Numbered from the stretch's first letter, positions 38,271 to 48,404 are shown. The stretch is DNA of 64,000 bases from a virus (IMGVR_UViG_3300020379_000218:32001-96000); one strand, 5' to 3'. A program made the numbers and translations. Notes: generated by a model from the sequence alone, not told the origin.

Positions 38271-39982
38271 TAATTTTTCATAATATAACCTGGAAGAATT
38301 TTCTTTCAACAGGCAATACACCAATCAGCGTAAATTTAAGAGAAGCACCTACGACATTAATCATAGGTAGTAATGGGTCAGGTAAATCAACTTTACTAGA
38401 CGCATTGTGTTTTGCTCTCTTCAATAAACCTTTTAGAATTATTAAGAAAGACCAGATGGTAAATACTATCAACAATGCTGATACACTTGTTGAAGTTTAT
38501 TTTAGTATAGGTCCTAAAAAGTATAAAGTACGAAGAGGTATTAAACCTAACATATTTGAAATATACCAAGACGGCATTTTATTAAATCAGGATGCCTCTT
38601 CTATAGATTATCAAAAGTACCTAGAACAAAATATAATGAAACTAAATTACAGGTCATTTTGTCAAGTTGTAATTTTAGGTTCTTCTTCATATGAACCATT
38701 TATGAAGATGAGAGCAAGTTATAGGCGTGATGTTATTGAAGAGATACTTGATATTAAAGTATTTGCAAGTATGAACTTATTATTAAGAAGTAAACAACAA
38801 GACTTAACAAAAGAGATTACTACATTAAGACACCAAGTAGACTTGATTGAAAACAAAGTTGACTTACAAGAGAAACATTATAATGAATTACAAGGTAGAG
38901 ATACAGACGCTATATCTAAAAAGAAAGAAGACATAGAGAAAGCACAAGAACATAAAAGAGATTATATGTTGCGTATCAGTAGTCTTAATGAAGAGATTAC
39001 AAAGAACAAACTAAAACTAGAAGGCACAGAAGAAACTAAAAGTAAATTTCTTCAATTACAGAAACTAGAAAGTAAGATTGATACAAACTTAAAGACACAT
39101 AAAAAGGCACTTAAATTCTTTGAAGAGAATACTAATTGTCCTGTTTGTACACAAGAACTTGAACCTGGTTTCAAACAAGAGAAAGTAAACGAAGAGAAGG
39201 CTGCTGTAGATAAGTTAAACGAAGGTTATAAAAAACTATTAACTGAAATTACTAATACAGAAGAGAAGATATTAAATATAGACAAAGTATCTGAAACTAT
39301 TAGAAGTATAGAAACTAATGTTGCAAAACTAAACACAAGTGTTGATGAACTTAAAAGACATAGTGATAGAATACAAAACGAGATTGACTTGTTATCTGTA
39401 GAGGATGCTTCAGGCCTAAATATAAAAGAAGAGATTGTTAGACTAAAACAAGAGTTAGTCAAAACAAAAGAAGATAGAGACAAAGTTATTGATGAGAAAA
39501 AATATGTTGATGTATTAAGACAGATTGTAGACGATAGTGGTGCTAGAGCACAGATTATTAAGAAGTATATACCAGTTATGAATACACTTATTAATCAGTA
39601 TCTACAATCAATGGACTTCTTTATATCTTTCCATTTAGATGAAGAGTTTAAAGAAACGGTTAAGAGTAGACATATGGATTCTTTTAACTACAATAATTTT
39701 AGTGAAGGTGAAAAGATGAGAATAGACTTGTCATTACTATTCACTTGGAGAAGTATTGCGAAGATGAAGAACTCCGTCAATACTAACTTATTAATACTTG
39801 ATGAGATATTTGATAGTAGTTTAGATGGTCAAGGAACAGATGATTTCTTTAAGATTATCAAAACACTTACAAAAGAAAATATCTTTATCATATCGCATAA
39901 AGGAGATATAATGTTTGACAAGTTTACAAATATAATTAAATTTGAGAAATACCAAAACTTTACGAGGTTAGAAAATGTCTAA
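38267..39982 (+). CDS. gp46: Recombination endonuclease ATPase gp46 (Rad50/SbcC-like)
   Basis: GSNGSGKST, CPVC zinc hook, FSEGEK, LILDEIFD. Confidence 0.96.
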   Translation: MIIFHNITWKNFLSTGNTPISVNLREAPTTLIIGSNGSGKSTLLDALCFALFNKPFRIIKKDQMVNTINNADTLVEVYFSIGPKKYKVRRGIKPNIFEIYQDGILLNQDASSIDYQKYLEQNIMKLNYRSFCQVVILGSSSYEPFMKMRASYRRDVIEEILDIKVFASMNLLLRSKQQDLTKEITTLRHQVDLIENKVDLQEKHYNELQGRDTDAISKKKEDIEKAQEHKRDYMLRISSLNEEITKNKLKLEGTEETKSKFLQLQKLESKIDTNLKTHKKALKFFEENTNCPVCTQELEPGFKQEKVNEEKAAVDKLNEGYKKLLTEITNTEEKILNIDKVSETIRSIETNVAKLNTSVDELKRHSDRIQNEIDLLSVEDASGLNIKEEIVRLKQELVKTKEDRDKVIDEKKYVDVLRQIVDDSGARAQIIKKYIPVMNTLINQYLQSMDFFISFHLDEEFKETVKSRHMDSFNYNNFSEGEKMRIDLSLLFTWRSIAKMKNSVNTNLLILDEIFDSSLDGQGTDDFFKIIKTLTKENIFIISHKGDIMFDKFTNIIKFEKYQNFTRLENV

Positions 39983-40865
39983 AGATTTAAAAGATAATCC
40001 TACTACTGCTGTTCATACAGGCGACAGACAAAGAATGACGGTTGCTGAAGAAGAAAAATTTAAAGATGATATAATGAAACAAGCAGAAGAACAGATTAAA
40101 GCAGGTGATGTTGAAATTGCAAAAGAAGGTGAGTGGGTTGACCACGCCAACATCAAAGAAAAACTAGAAAAGATGAGAGACGAAGATAAGGCAAAAGAAG
40201 GTGTCGTAGAGGATATGACAGATAAGAATAAGTCTGTTGAAATCAGAAAAGGCATTGACCCTAAATCGTTTCAGTACGAATTATTACCACCACAGGATCC
40301 TAGAGTTAGACAACCTGTAGCACCTTTCAAAGATGAAATGCTAGAAGAGTATGGTCTAAAAAGTAGACAAGAACTTGTTGATGGTATGTTTGCTCTTATG
40401 CACAAATATGGTGGTATCGGTTTGAGTGCGATACAAATAGGTTTACCATTTAATATGTTTGTTGCAGGAGACCACGAATCAATAGAAAAGGGGTTAAAGA
40501 TAGCGGCCTTTAATCCTGTTATTATACAAGCAAGTGAAGAAGAAGTACTAATGAAAGAGGGATGCTTGACTTTTCCTTTCTTATTTGTTAGTATTAAAAG
40601 ACCTCGTAAATGTGTTATGAAATACGAAGATGAGAACAAAGATTTAAAAGAAGCACATTTAGATGGAATGATGAGTAGAGTTTGTCAACACGAATACGAC
40701 CATCAAACAGGTACATTGATGGTACAGAAAGTTAGTAAACTAAAACTAGACTTAGCATATAAAAAAGCAGAAAAGGAGATGAAGAAGTGGAGACGCTATC
40801 AGGAAGCAATCAAGTCCAGTCAGCCAGTGAAAATATCAAACCCTGGCAAAAAGGATTTGAGTTAA
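39975..40865 (+). CDS. def: Peptide deformylase with a roughly 100-aa charged N-terminal extension
   Basis: GIGLSAIQIG, EGCLT, QHEYDH motifs. Confidence 0.92.
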   Translation: MSKDLKDNPTTAVHTGDRQRMTVAEEEKFKDDIMKQAEEQIKAGDVEIAKEGEWVDHANIKEKLEKMRDEDKAKEGVVEDMTDKNKSVEIRKGIDPKSFQYELLPPQDPRVRQPVAPFKDEMLEEYGLKSRQELVDGMFALMHKYGGIGLSAIQIGLPFNMFVAGDHESIEKGLKIAAFNPVIIQASEEEVLMKEGCLTFPFLFVSIKRPRKCVMKYEDENKDLKEAHLDGMMSRVCQHEYDHQTGTLMVQKVSKLKLDLAYKKAEKEMKKWRRYQEAIKSSQPVKISNPGKKDLS

Positions 40866-41989
40866 GTTATTTAAAAGATTTAGAAAAGAGATTTAATTCT
40901 TACAACGAATATGCTCAGCACGAAATGAGCAAGTTTAAAAAGAATAATATAGCAGACGCCTTGTCAAAAGATGAGATACAACTTCTAGGCAAAGGTTTAA
41001 TACACTTCTCAAAAGTAAAAGTAAAATCAAACATCTTTATGTTCCCAGGTGTACTAATCGGTACTAAACTACCTGGCGATATTCATATTAAACATTTAGG
41101 TTATACAGAAGAATTTGATAAAAGAAATATTATCACTACATTAATGGAAGACGCTCAATACACTAATAACAATGTGTGGTTGTTTATTAACGAAGAGAGT
41201 GGACCTGATAAACATATTGCAACAGAAACAGGATTTGAGAAAGTCGGTACGAAGTATAATTCAGTTGCAGATATTATAGGTGTTTATTTTAGACACGCTA
41301 GTAATGTATTAGAAGATAGACAACACCCTAAAGTACCTGTCTATGAGAACTATACATTGAAACCTATGAATGTATCATTTAAAGATATTACAACACAACT
41401 TGCAAAACAACTACACGAAATGGAAGTTGAGTTTACTAATCACTATTCAAACTACAATAAAGCAAAGTCTTGGAGTGCAATCTCATTAAGAGGTTATAAA
41501 CCAGACTATAAGTTTATTACAAAACCTGTAGAAATGAATAAGAAGTGGAAAGAAGAAAACAAAGATGAACATTTTGAATTACAAGATACAGACTGGAGAC
41601 AGAAGTTTCCTTTAGTAGAAAAGATATTAGATGTATTTGAAACAGAAATACATAGAGTTAGATTTATGAATTTGAAACCAGGTGGTGGAGAATTACAAAG
41701 ACATACAGACCAAGTAGACCCAGACATAGGAATTGCAGATGGTAGATTAATGAGAATACATATACCTATCAAAACAAATCCAGATGTAGAGTTTACAAGT
41801 TGGTCTATATCAGGTTCTAAAGTGATGACTAATATGGAAGAAGGAAGTTGCTGGTACCTAGATATTAGAAAACCACATATGGCAATTAACAATGGTGAAG
41901 ACTGGAGAACACATTTAGTTATTGATGTAGTTGCTAATGATAAAGTGAGAAGTTTATTTAATGCTGACGCCCATAGAAAAATACGATAA
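40787..41989 (+). CDS. Fusion of a GNAT-like N-terminal domain and an Asp/Asn beta-hydroxylase-family 2OG-Fe(II) oxygenase
   Basis: C-terminal W.AISL, RVRFMNLKPG, HTD, RIHIPIKTN, KPHMAINNG...RTHLVID; N-terminal GFEKVG GNAT-like motif (weaker). Confidence 0.72.
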   Translation: METLSGSNQVQSASENIKPWQKGFELSYLKDLEKRFNSYNEYAQHEMSKFKKNNIADALSKDEIQLLGKGLIHFSKVKVKSNIFMFPGVLIGTKLPGDIHIKHLGYTEEFDKRNIITTLMEDAQYTNNNVWLFINEESGPDKHIATETGFEKVGTKYNSVADIIGVYFRHASNVLEDRQHPKVPVYENYTLKPMNVSFKDITTQLAKQLHEMEVEFTNHYSNYNKAKSWSAISLRGYKPDYKFITKPVEMNKKWKEENKDEHFELQDTDWRQKFPLVEKILDVFETEIHRVRFMNLKPGGGELQRHTDQVDPDIGIADGRLMRIHIPIKTNPDVEFTSWSISGSKVMTNMEEGSCWYLDIRKPHMAINNGEDWRTHLVIDVVANDKVRSLFNADAHRKIR

Positions 41990-42860
41990 TATATATTACA
42001 AACGAGACGATTTGTTTGCACCATATGGAGATGTCAATGGTGGTAAAATGCGACAGACAATTGCCTTGTTTGAAAAGTATAAAGATAAGATAAGAAATGA
42101 ACACAATAACGGAGTTATACAATCTGTTTCAGTACATAGTCCTACCGCTAGTGTTATCAGTAGAGTTGCGAAAGAGTATGGTTTTAAATCTATATTTGCA
42201 GTTGGTGGTACTAAACCTGAAACATTACAGAAACGCCATATAATGCACCTTGCACAATACTATGGTGGCGAGATAAGAATAGTTGCAGGACACGGTATCA
42301 ATAGTGTACTTGCAAAGAGAACTAAAGATATTATAGAAAAAGAAAAATATTTCTATACTTCTTTTGATAAATGGATTATGGAAGAACCTGAATTAATGTT
42401 AGAAACAAATGGCGAACAAGTGCAAAATCTACCAGATGAAATAGACAATTTAGTTATGAGTTGTGGTGTAGGTATTCAGATGTCTGCTGTTATGTATGGA
42501 TTAAAGAAGTATAATAAGAAAGTAAAAAGAGTTATCGGTGTCGGTGTAGGACCTGATAGAACAAAGAATATAAGAAGTTATTTTGGATTAGAACAGAATG
42601 ATTATCCTTTTGAATTTCACACACCAAAAACAAGTTATAGTACTCCTCTGAAAACTACAATAACAAATCCTAACTACACGGATTCAGAAGAGTACTATCC
42701 ATCAGAAAAATCATTTATGTTAGATGACTTATACGAAGCAAAAGCACATAAATGGATGTGTGAGAATATAAACATTTACGAAGGTACAAATGTCTTCTGG
42801 TGTGTCGGTAGAAGATTAAATCAAAACGAAGTACACGATATAACTGGAGGTATACAATGA
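41961..42860 (+). CDS. Fold-type II PLP enzyme (ACC deaminase/D-cysteine desulfhydrase-like)
   Basis: YYKRDDL...NGGKMRQ PLP lysine; SCGVG phosphate loop; LDDLYEAKA. Confidence 0.8.
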   Translation: MLTPIEKYDNIYYKRDDLFAPYGDVNGGKMRQTIALFEKYKDKIRNEHNNGVIQSVSVHSPTASVISRVAKEYGFKSIFAVGGTKPETLQKRHIMHLAQYYGGEIRIVAGHGINSVLAKRTKDIIEKEKYFYTSFDKWIMEEPELMLETNGEQVQNLPDEIDNLVMSCGVGIQMSAVMYGLKKYNKKVKRVIGVGVGPDRTKNIRSYFGLEQNDYPFEFHTPKTSYSTPLKTTITNPNYTDSEEYYPSEKSFMLDDLYEAKAHKWMCENINIYEGTNVFWCVGRRLNQNEVHDITGGIQ

Positions 42861-43396
42861 AATACGATATGACAACTTTCTTTAAAGATGGTTTCTATAC
42901 TGGTGATGTAGATATAAATGTACAACTATTTGATGATATAAAGTTTCCTAATATAGACTACAATCCTGAAGACTTAAAACTACCTGATAATGTAAAACAA
43001 GAGATTAAGAAAGTACAAGAACAACTAGAAGAAGTTATATCAGAAACATATCCTAAATTTGAACTTACAGAAGAACCTGGTTTATGGAACGGAGTAACCA
43101 AAGAGAATAATGAATTTCACAATGACTTTGTTGCAGGAGATAAATTCAATTCAAACATATTAGTATACCTAGATGAAGGTAACGATATGAATGAAAACTA
43201 TATTGAGATTGCAGGTGAAGACATTTTAGATAAAGATGGCACACCATATGGTGTAAGTAAGTGTAGAATATTCTGTAGACCAGGACAATTTGTCTGGTTA
43301 AATCAATCACCTCAATTTGAACATAGAGCAAACAACGGAAGTGGGAATAGAAGATTGATACACTTTGCATACTATATACCGGAGATTAAAAAATGA
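42857..43396 (+). CDS. 2OG-Fe(II) oxygenase-like protein
   Basis: FHND...ILVYLD...FEHRA...RR (HxD...H...R). Confidence 0.7.
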   Translation: MKYDMTTFFKDGFYTGDVDINVQLFDDIKFPNIDYNPEDLKLPDNVKQEIKKVQEQLEEVISETYPKFELTEEPGLWNGVTKENNEFHNDFVAGDKFNSNILVYLDEGNDMNENYIEIAGEDILDKDGTPYGVSKCRIFCRPGQFVWLNQSPQFEHRANNGSGNRRLIHFAYYIPEIKK

Positions 43397-44088
43397 AAGA
43401 TGTAATTAATAAGTTTCATCACGGTGACGCTTTTGATATATTTCCTAAAGTACCAGATAGAAGTATTGACTTAACATTTACAAGTCTACCTGATATATCA
43501 CAAGGTCCGTGGGGCAAAGACATAGAACAATACCAAGAGTTTCAAAATAGAAGTTGCGACCAGATGGCAAGAATTACGAAAGATGAAGGCTTCGTAGTTA
43601 TATCGCAAACAGATAGAAAGATTAACGGAGAGATATTACCTAATCATATAACATATTACAATGCAATGTTAAGAAATGGTTTTGCATTGAAAGACTATAA
43701 GATTATGGTAAGAAATCATCCTGTTGATAAAAGAGATATGTATTACTTCAACTATCAACACACACTTGTATTTACTAAAAAAGGTACAATCAAAAGAAGT
43801 GGTGATTGGTTAAAGAACATATTAGTATATGATACAAAGAGATTAGGAAATGTAAAAGGTCCTTTTAATCTCTATGTATGGAACGATAACTTTATTAAAC
43901 TTGTGGTTGATTATCTATCAAAAGAGAATGAAATAGTATTTGACCCATTTGCAGGTAGTGGAATAGTACCTTGGATTGCAAAAGAAATGAGAAGACGATA
44001 TATAGGTATTGAACTAGATAAAGAGGTTTTTGATAAATCTTACTTTAATCGTTTAGACCTGCTTGACAAGTTTGGGAAAGTAGTATAG
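43393..44088 (+). CDS. Amino (N4/N6) DNA methyltransferase, beta class, atypical catalytic motif
   Basis: IDLTFTSLPD (variant of TSPPY) N-terminal; VFDPFAGSG SAM motif; YIGIEL. Confidence 0.8.
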   Translation: MKDVINKFHHGDAFDIFPKVPDRSIDLTFTSLPDISQGPWGKDIEQYQEFQNRSCDQMARITKDEGFVVISQTDRKINGEILPNHITYYNAMLRNGFALKDYKIMVRNHPVDKRDMYYFNYQHTLVFTKKGTIKRSGDWLKNILVYDTKRLGNVKGPFNLYVWNDNFIKLVVDYLSKENEIVFDPFAGSGIVPWIAKEMRRRYIGIELDKEVFDKSYFNRLDLLDKFGKVV

Positions 44089-44091
44089 AAT
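44063..44091 (+). promoter_or_regulatory. Sigma70-type promoter
   Basis: TTGACA-17 bp-TAGAAT, 7 nt before ATG 44099. Confidence 0.7.
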
Positions 44092-44098
44092 GTCTATT

Positions 44099-44254
44099 AT
44101 GAATAAAAAAGAAAAAATATACGAAAGGAATCCGAACACAGGTGTTATTCGTTGGCGTTATGTAGGCGAGAGTCCTGATAAGTTTGGGTGGCCGAACTAT
44201 GGCAGAATATTGCGAGAAGGAAAAAAGAAGAAGAACACTAATAACATTAAGTAA
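44099..44254 (+). CDS. Small hypothetical protein (51 aa, MNKKEKIYERNPNTGVIRWR...), not in the ORF track
   Basis: Open frame filling the gap, directly behind a promoter (likely leaderless). Confidence 0.6.
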   Translation: MNKKEKIYERNPNTGVIRWRYVGESPDKFGWPNYGRILREGKKKKNTNNIK

Positions 44255-44255
44255 G

Positions 44256-44405
44256 ATGAAAATGAAAACACAACACAAAGTAGATAGAACAGATTATCAG
44301 GATGTAGCAGATTGTATAAGAAGTGACCAAGTACCTGCTAGTGCTATTGCAGAATACTTTACTGATAAAAGATTTTACAAGTGGTACAAAAAGAAATACT
44401 TATGA
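44256..44405 (+). CDS. Small hypothetical protein (MKMKTQHKVDRTDYQDVADCIRSDQVP...)
   Basis: Start 1 nt after the previous stop; ATGA coupling to the next ORF. Confidence 0.6.
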   Translation: MKMKTQHKVDRTDYQDVADCIRSDQVPASAIAEYFTDKRFYKWYKKKYL

Positions 44406-44686
44406 AAAAAGAGAGCATAGAAGACTTTTTAAAAAGAGGTGGTAAAGTAGAGAAGTTAAGACCTGGGTTTCCATTAGATGTCGGAAGTTTAGACAAGTCA
44501 AAGAAACCTAGATTTAATAAACAAGAAGTTGAGAGTGGCAAAGATAAAGGCACAGCGCCTATGCCAGACTTAACAAGTATCAGAAAACAGGAAGCATACA
44601 ATGGCAACACGGTTACATATTCAGATAGTGTGCCTGTAAATGAACCTGGTAAAGGTACTGGTAAATCAGATATGAGTGGTAAATAA
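44402..44686 (+). CDS. Hypothetical protein (IEDFLKRGGKVEKL motif)
   Basis: ATGA overlap; abuts the methyltransferase start. Confidence 0.65.
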   Translation: MKKESIEDFLKRGGKVEKLRPGFPLDVGSLDKSKKPRFNKQEVESGKDKGTAPMPDLTSIRKQEAYNGNTVTYSDSVPVNEPGKGTGKSDMSGK

Positions 44687-45871
44687 ATGAAGAAATTAAC
44701 AGATGTAAAAGGTAGTGCTAGTTTAGAAGATATAATGTCTGCCCAAGGCGTAGAAGTCAAAGGCGAAGAGAACATTACTAGTAAAGGAAATCTAAAAGGT
44801 TTTACAGAAGATGAAACTCAACTAGAAGAGAACATAAACGAAGTTTATAACTTCTGGCAAGAAAGAGGTTTTCCTTACTACAATACAGACCCAACTTGGC
44901 GAAAAGAAAAGATGGCGAAACTACAGGCTGTTAATTGTAAAGATTTATTAACTAAAGATAATGTAATTAAACCACACCAAGAAGGTCTATCACTTGCTTG
45001 GTCTTATATGCCACATAGTTTTGGTATCAGATGTGGTAAGATGAGAACTCCTATGGAGATATATGAAGATGAAGAACACTTTAAGAAAGGTATCAAAAAA
45101 CTATTAACTGGTTCTTTCTTTGGTAAGTATTCAGTAAGTGATTTAAAACCTGCCTCAAAGACAAAGAATGTATTAGAAATGTTTAAAGAAGGTATCACAA
45201 CATACAGGTCAGAGGAATCAAAACATAAAGCAGAAAGTGTAATGAGAAGTCTATTAAGAAGATATACAGGAACTCAATGTGTATCTAATTTCAGACCTAC
45301 AGCAGCTGCTTGTTTATATCAGAATTTTATGAAACCAGGCGAACTAGTCTGGGATATGTCAATGGGTTATGGTGGTCGTATACTAGGTGCGATTATATCA
45401 GATGTTAATTATGTAGGTACTGACCCAGCAACATTAACATTTAAAGGACTATGTGAGATTAAAGAAGACCACGCTAGACCTAATAGACAATACTTCTTAA
45501 ATAAGAAAGGTAGTGAAGTCTTTATACCTAAAGAAAATAGTTTAGACTTTGCCTTTACAAGTCCACCTTATTTCAATTGGGAACAATATTCAGATGACGC
45601 TGAACAATCATTTAAAAACTTTAGTACTAATGAAGACTGGAATAATGGCTTCTTACGAAAGACTATACAGAATGTTTTTACTGGTTTGAAACCAGGTAAG
45701 TATATGGGTCTTAATGTAGCGAACATTAAATCACATAAAACCTTTGAAGATGATACCGTGCGAATCGCCGTTGAGGAAGGCTTTGAACATACTGATACAT
45801 ACAAGTTGCAGTTGTCTTCACAAGAGAGTGGCGCTAAATACGAACCAGTGTTTATATTCAGAAAACCCTAA
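44687..45871 (+). CDS. SAM-dependent DNA methyltransferase, alpha order, SPPY (N4-cytosine-like)
   Basis: WDMSMGYGGR SAM motif preceding FTSPPYF. Confidence 0.85.
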   Translation: MKKLTDVKGSASLEDIMSAQGVEVKGEENITSKGNLKGFTEDETQLEENINEVYNFWQERGFPYYNTDPTWRKEKMAKLQAVNCKDLLTKDNVIKPHQEGLSLAWSYMPHSFGIRCGKMRTPMEIYEDEEHFKKGIKKLLTGSFFGKYSVSDLKPASKTKNVLEMFKEGITTYRSEESKHKAESVMRSLLRRYTGTQCVSNFRPTAAACLYQNFMKPGELVWDMSMGYGGRILGAIISDVNYVGTDPATLTFKGLCEIKEDHARPNRQYFLNKKGSEVFIPKENSLDFAFTSPPYFNWEQYSDDAEQSFKNFSTNEDWNNGFLRKTIQNVFTGLKPGKYMGLNVANIKSHKTFEDDTVRIAVEEGFEHTDTYKLQLSSQESGAKYEPVFIFRKP

Positions 45872-46028
45872 AATCCCGACATACAAACATACACGGGACT
45901 ACCGGAAACCCTATCCTCCGCCCTCCTAGCCCCTCGTTTTTTTAACATTTAGGGCATATTAGTACAGATATATCAAAAACCCTCATATTTACACGCTAAA
46001 AAAAATTTAAAAAATGCTCGGAAAGTGC

Positions 46029-46057
46029 TTGACATATGTATTGGTCTATGGTATTAT
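46029..46057 (+). promoter_or_regulatory. Strong sigma70-type early promoter, copy 1
   Basis: A-tract UP element, TTGACA-17 bp-TATTAT with extended TG. Confidence 0.8.
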
Positions 46058-46088
46058 GTATGTATAAATGAAAAAGGACACTAACATT

Positions 46089-48404
46089 ATGAATAAATCA
46101 ACTATCAATTTTGACCAGAAGTCATCATTAGCAAAATTACTTGCTACAGAAAATCTACAAGTACAACACGACAATGTAAAAACTGCTTCTTTTAATTTAG
46201 AAGACAGGATACTTACAATACCAGTTTTCAAAAAACCTGAAGGTGCTGTATATGATATGTTGATTGCACACGAAGTTGCTCACGCTTTACATACGCCAAC
46301 TAAAGAATGGCAGACTTCTGTAGTTGTGAATAAAGAATTAAGAGATTATATTAATGTCCTAGAAGATTGCAGAATTGATAAGATAATCAAAAAACAATAT
46401 CCTGGTGTAGTACAAGACTATAAAGATGGTTTCAAAATATTATGGTCAGATAACTTCTTTGGTTGTAATGATAAAGATTTAGATACTGAATTAATGTTGA
46501 TTGATAAAATCAACCTATTCTATAAGTCTTCTGAAACTTTACCATTTGATTTAAATAATGTTGAAAAGTTATGGTTCAATGAAGTTGAGAAAGTTGTTAC
46601 CTTTGATGATGTTGTTGAACTTGCAAAAAAGATTGCTGACTTTCAGAAAAAAGAAAACGAAAAATTACAAAAGTTACCAGACTTTGATAGTCATCCTTTG
46701 ACTTTAATGTATGGTGAAAAAGAAGAAAAGGACGAAGAAGAAAAAAATGATAATCAATCCTCAAATTCGCAACCTCAATCGTCTGAACAATCTAACGAAG
46801 AACAGACGGAGAGTGGAGAAGATACACAAAACAAACCAGAACAATCTGAAAACTCCGAAGAAAAAAACGGAGAAGGAAACGATAAATCAGACGACAAAAA
46901 AGAAGACGATAAATCTGGTGATTTAGAAAAGGTTACTGGTAATCCTGACGGTGCCGGTGCTGATAAAAAGATTAATATGCCTTTGAAGTCTATTACTACT
47001 GAAAAGGCTGAAGAGAATACTCAAAAAGATTATGTGAATACCGAACATAGAGGTTATTCATATATGAATTTACCAGAAGCAAATTTAGATGATATTATTG
47101 TTTCTCCTAAAAAATGGTTAAAAGAAAACATCAAAAATGCTAATCAGTATAAATCAACTTATGTTGACAATATGGCAAGATTTAAAACTTTCCATAGAGA
47201 TAGTAAAAAGACTATTCAGTATCTTGTAAAAGAATTTGAAATGAAGAAGTCTGCTGATGGTTATAAAAGAATGACTACTGATAAAACTGGTATCATTGAC
47301 CCATTGAAATTAAAAGACTACAAATTTTCAGAAGACATTTTCAAAAGAATGTCTGTTATTCCTGACGCTAAAAACCACGGTATGATTTTATTACTTGATT
47401 GGTCAGGTAGTATGGCAAATGTAATTGATAAAACAACTGAACAATTATGTCAGTTAGTTTGGTTCGTAAAACAAATTAATATACCTTTCAAAGTATATTT
47501 CTTTTCAGATAAGATTGACTTTTCAGATGAGCAAGTATACGGTAGAGACAGATGGTCTACTATGAGAGAAAGAAGAAAACTAATGAAGTCATTTAAATAC
47601 AAAGCAGGTGACGCTCATTTTGATGATTTTAATTTAGTTGAAGTTGCAAACCACACTATGAAAAAAGGTGAACTTGAACAATCTCTAATGTTCTTGTGGT
47701 CATATTCAAAATACTACAATGACGGAAGAAGATGGACTAGAGACGGTGAGTATATTGAGTATCTTTATCCACCATCTGCTTTTCACTTATGTTCAACACC
47801 TTTGAATGAAGCACTTGCTACAATGTATAGAATTATACCAGTGTTCAAACAAAAATATCAAGTTGACAAAATGTCATTAATTACTTTGACAGATGGTCAC
47901 TCTAATAATGATAACAAGTCTACTTACAAAACTTGTGAAGAAGGTCTTGGAATTAAAAGAGACGGTTATGGTAAGAAAGCATTATTAAAGATTGGTACAA
48001 AGTATATTCAATCAAAAGGTAATACAACTTCTTTATTACTTCAAGGACTTAAAAAGAAATTCAATATTACAACTATCGGTTTCTTCATTGTTAAAACTAG
48101 AAGAAGTTGGGAGTTTGAAAGATACCTTGGAGTTGACCATATAAAAGACTACTCTTTAAGAGAACAAAAGATTATGACTTTGAAAAAAGAGTTTAGTAAG
48201 AATAAATCTTGTTCTACAATGCAAGAAGGATATAATGAATTTTATCTTATTAATGGTAAGGATATGTCAGTACAAAATGCTAACCTTAATGAGTTAAAAG
48301 AAGACGCTAAGAAAGGTGATATTAAGAGAATATTCACTAAATCAATGAAATCCAGAACGGTATCCAGAGTGCTGTTAAGTAAATTTATCAGACAGGTTGC
48401 CTAA
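46089..48404 (+). CDS. Metallopeptidase-like (HExxH) plus vWA-domain protein, CobT-like partner of the AAA ATPase
   Basis: HEVAH; N.LED.RI; acidic linker; MIDAS DWSGS, STPL, LTDG. Track start is 46068. Confidence 0.82.
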   Translation: MNKSTINFDQKSSLAKLLATENLQVQHDNVKTASFNLEDRILTIPVFKKPEGAVYDMLIAHEVAHALHTPTKEWQTSVVVNKELRDYINVLEDCRIDKIIKKQYPGVVQDYKDGFKILWSDNFFGCNDKDLDTELMLIDKINLFYKSSETLPFDLNNVEKLWFNEVEKVVTFDDVVELAKKIADFQKKENEKLQKLPDFDSHPLTLMYGEKEEKDEEEKNDNQSSNSQPQSSEQSNEEQTESGEDTQNKPEQSENSEEKNGEGNDKSDDKKEDDKSGDLEKVTGNPDGAGADKKINMPLKSITTEKAEENTQKDYVNTEHRGYSYMNLPEANLDDIIVSPKKWLKENIKNANQYKSTYVDNMARFKTFHRDSKKTIQYLVKEFEMKKSADGYKRMTTDKTGIIDPLKLKDYKFSEDIFKRMSVIPDAKNHGMILLLDWSGSMANVIDKTTEQLCQLVWFVKQINIPFKVYFFSDKIDFSDEQVYGRDRWSTMRERRKLMKSFKYKAGDAHFDDFNLVEVANHTMKKGELEQSLMFLWSYSKYYNDGRRWTRDGEYIEYLYPPSAFHLCSTPLNEALATMYRIIPVFKQKYQVDKMSLITLTDGHSNNDNKSTYKTCEEGLGIKRDGYGKKALLKIGTKYIQSKGNTTSLLLQGLKKKFNITTIGFFIVKTRRSWEFERYLGVDHIKDYSLREQKIMTLKKEFSKNKSCSTMQEGYNEFYLINGKDMSVQNANLNELKEDAKKGDIKRIFTKSMKSRTVSRVLLSKFIRQVA

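Noticed and set aside
40787-40865. Programmed frameshift fusing def to the downstream oxygenase
   Set aside because: The downstream GTG has its own AAGGAG SD 8 nt upstream and no clear slippery site with stimulator was identified
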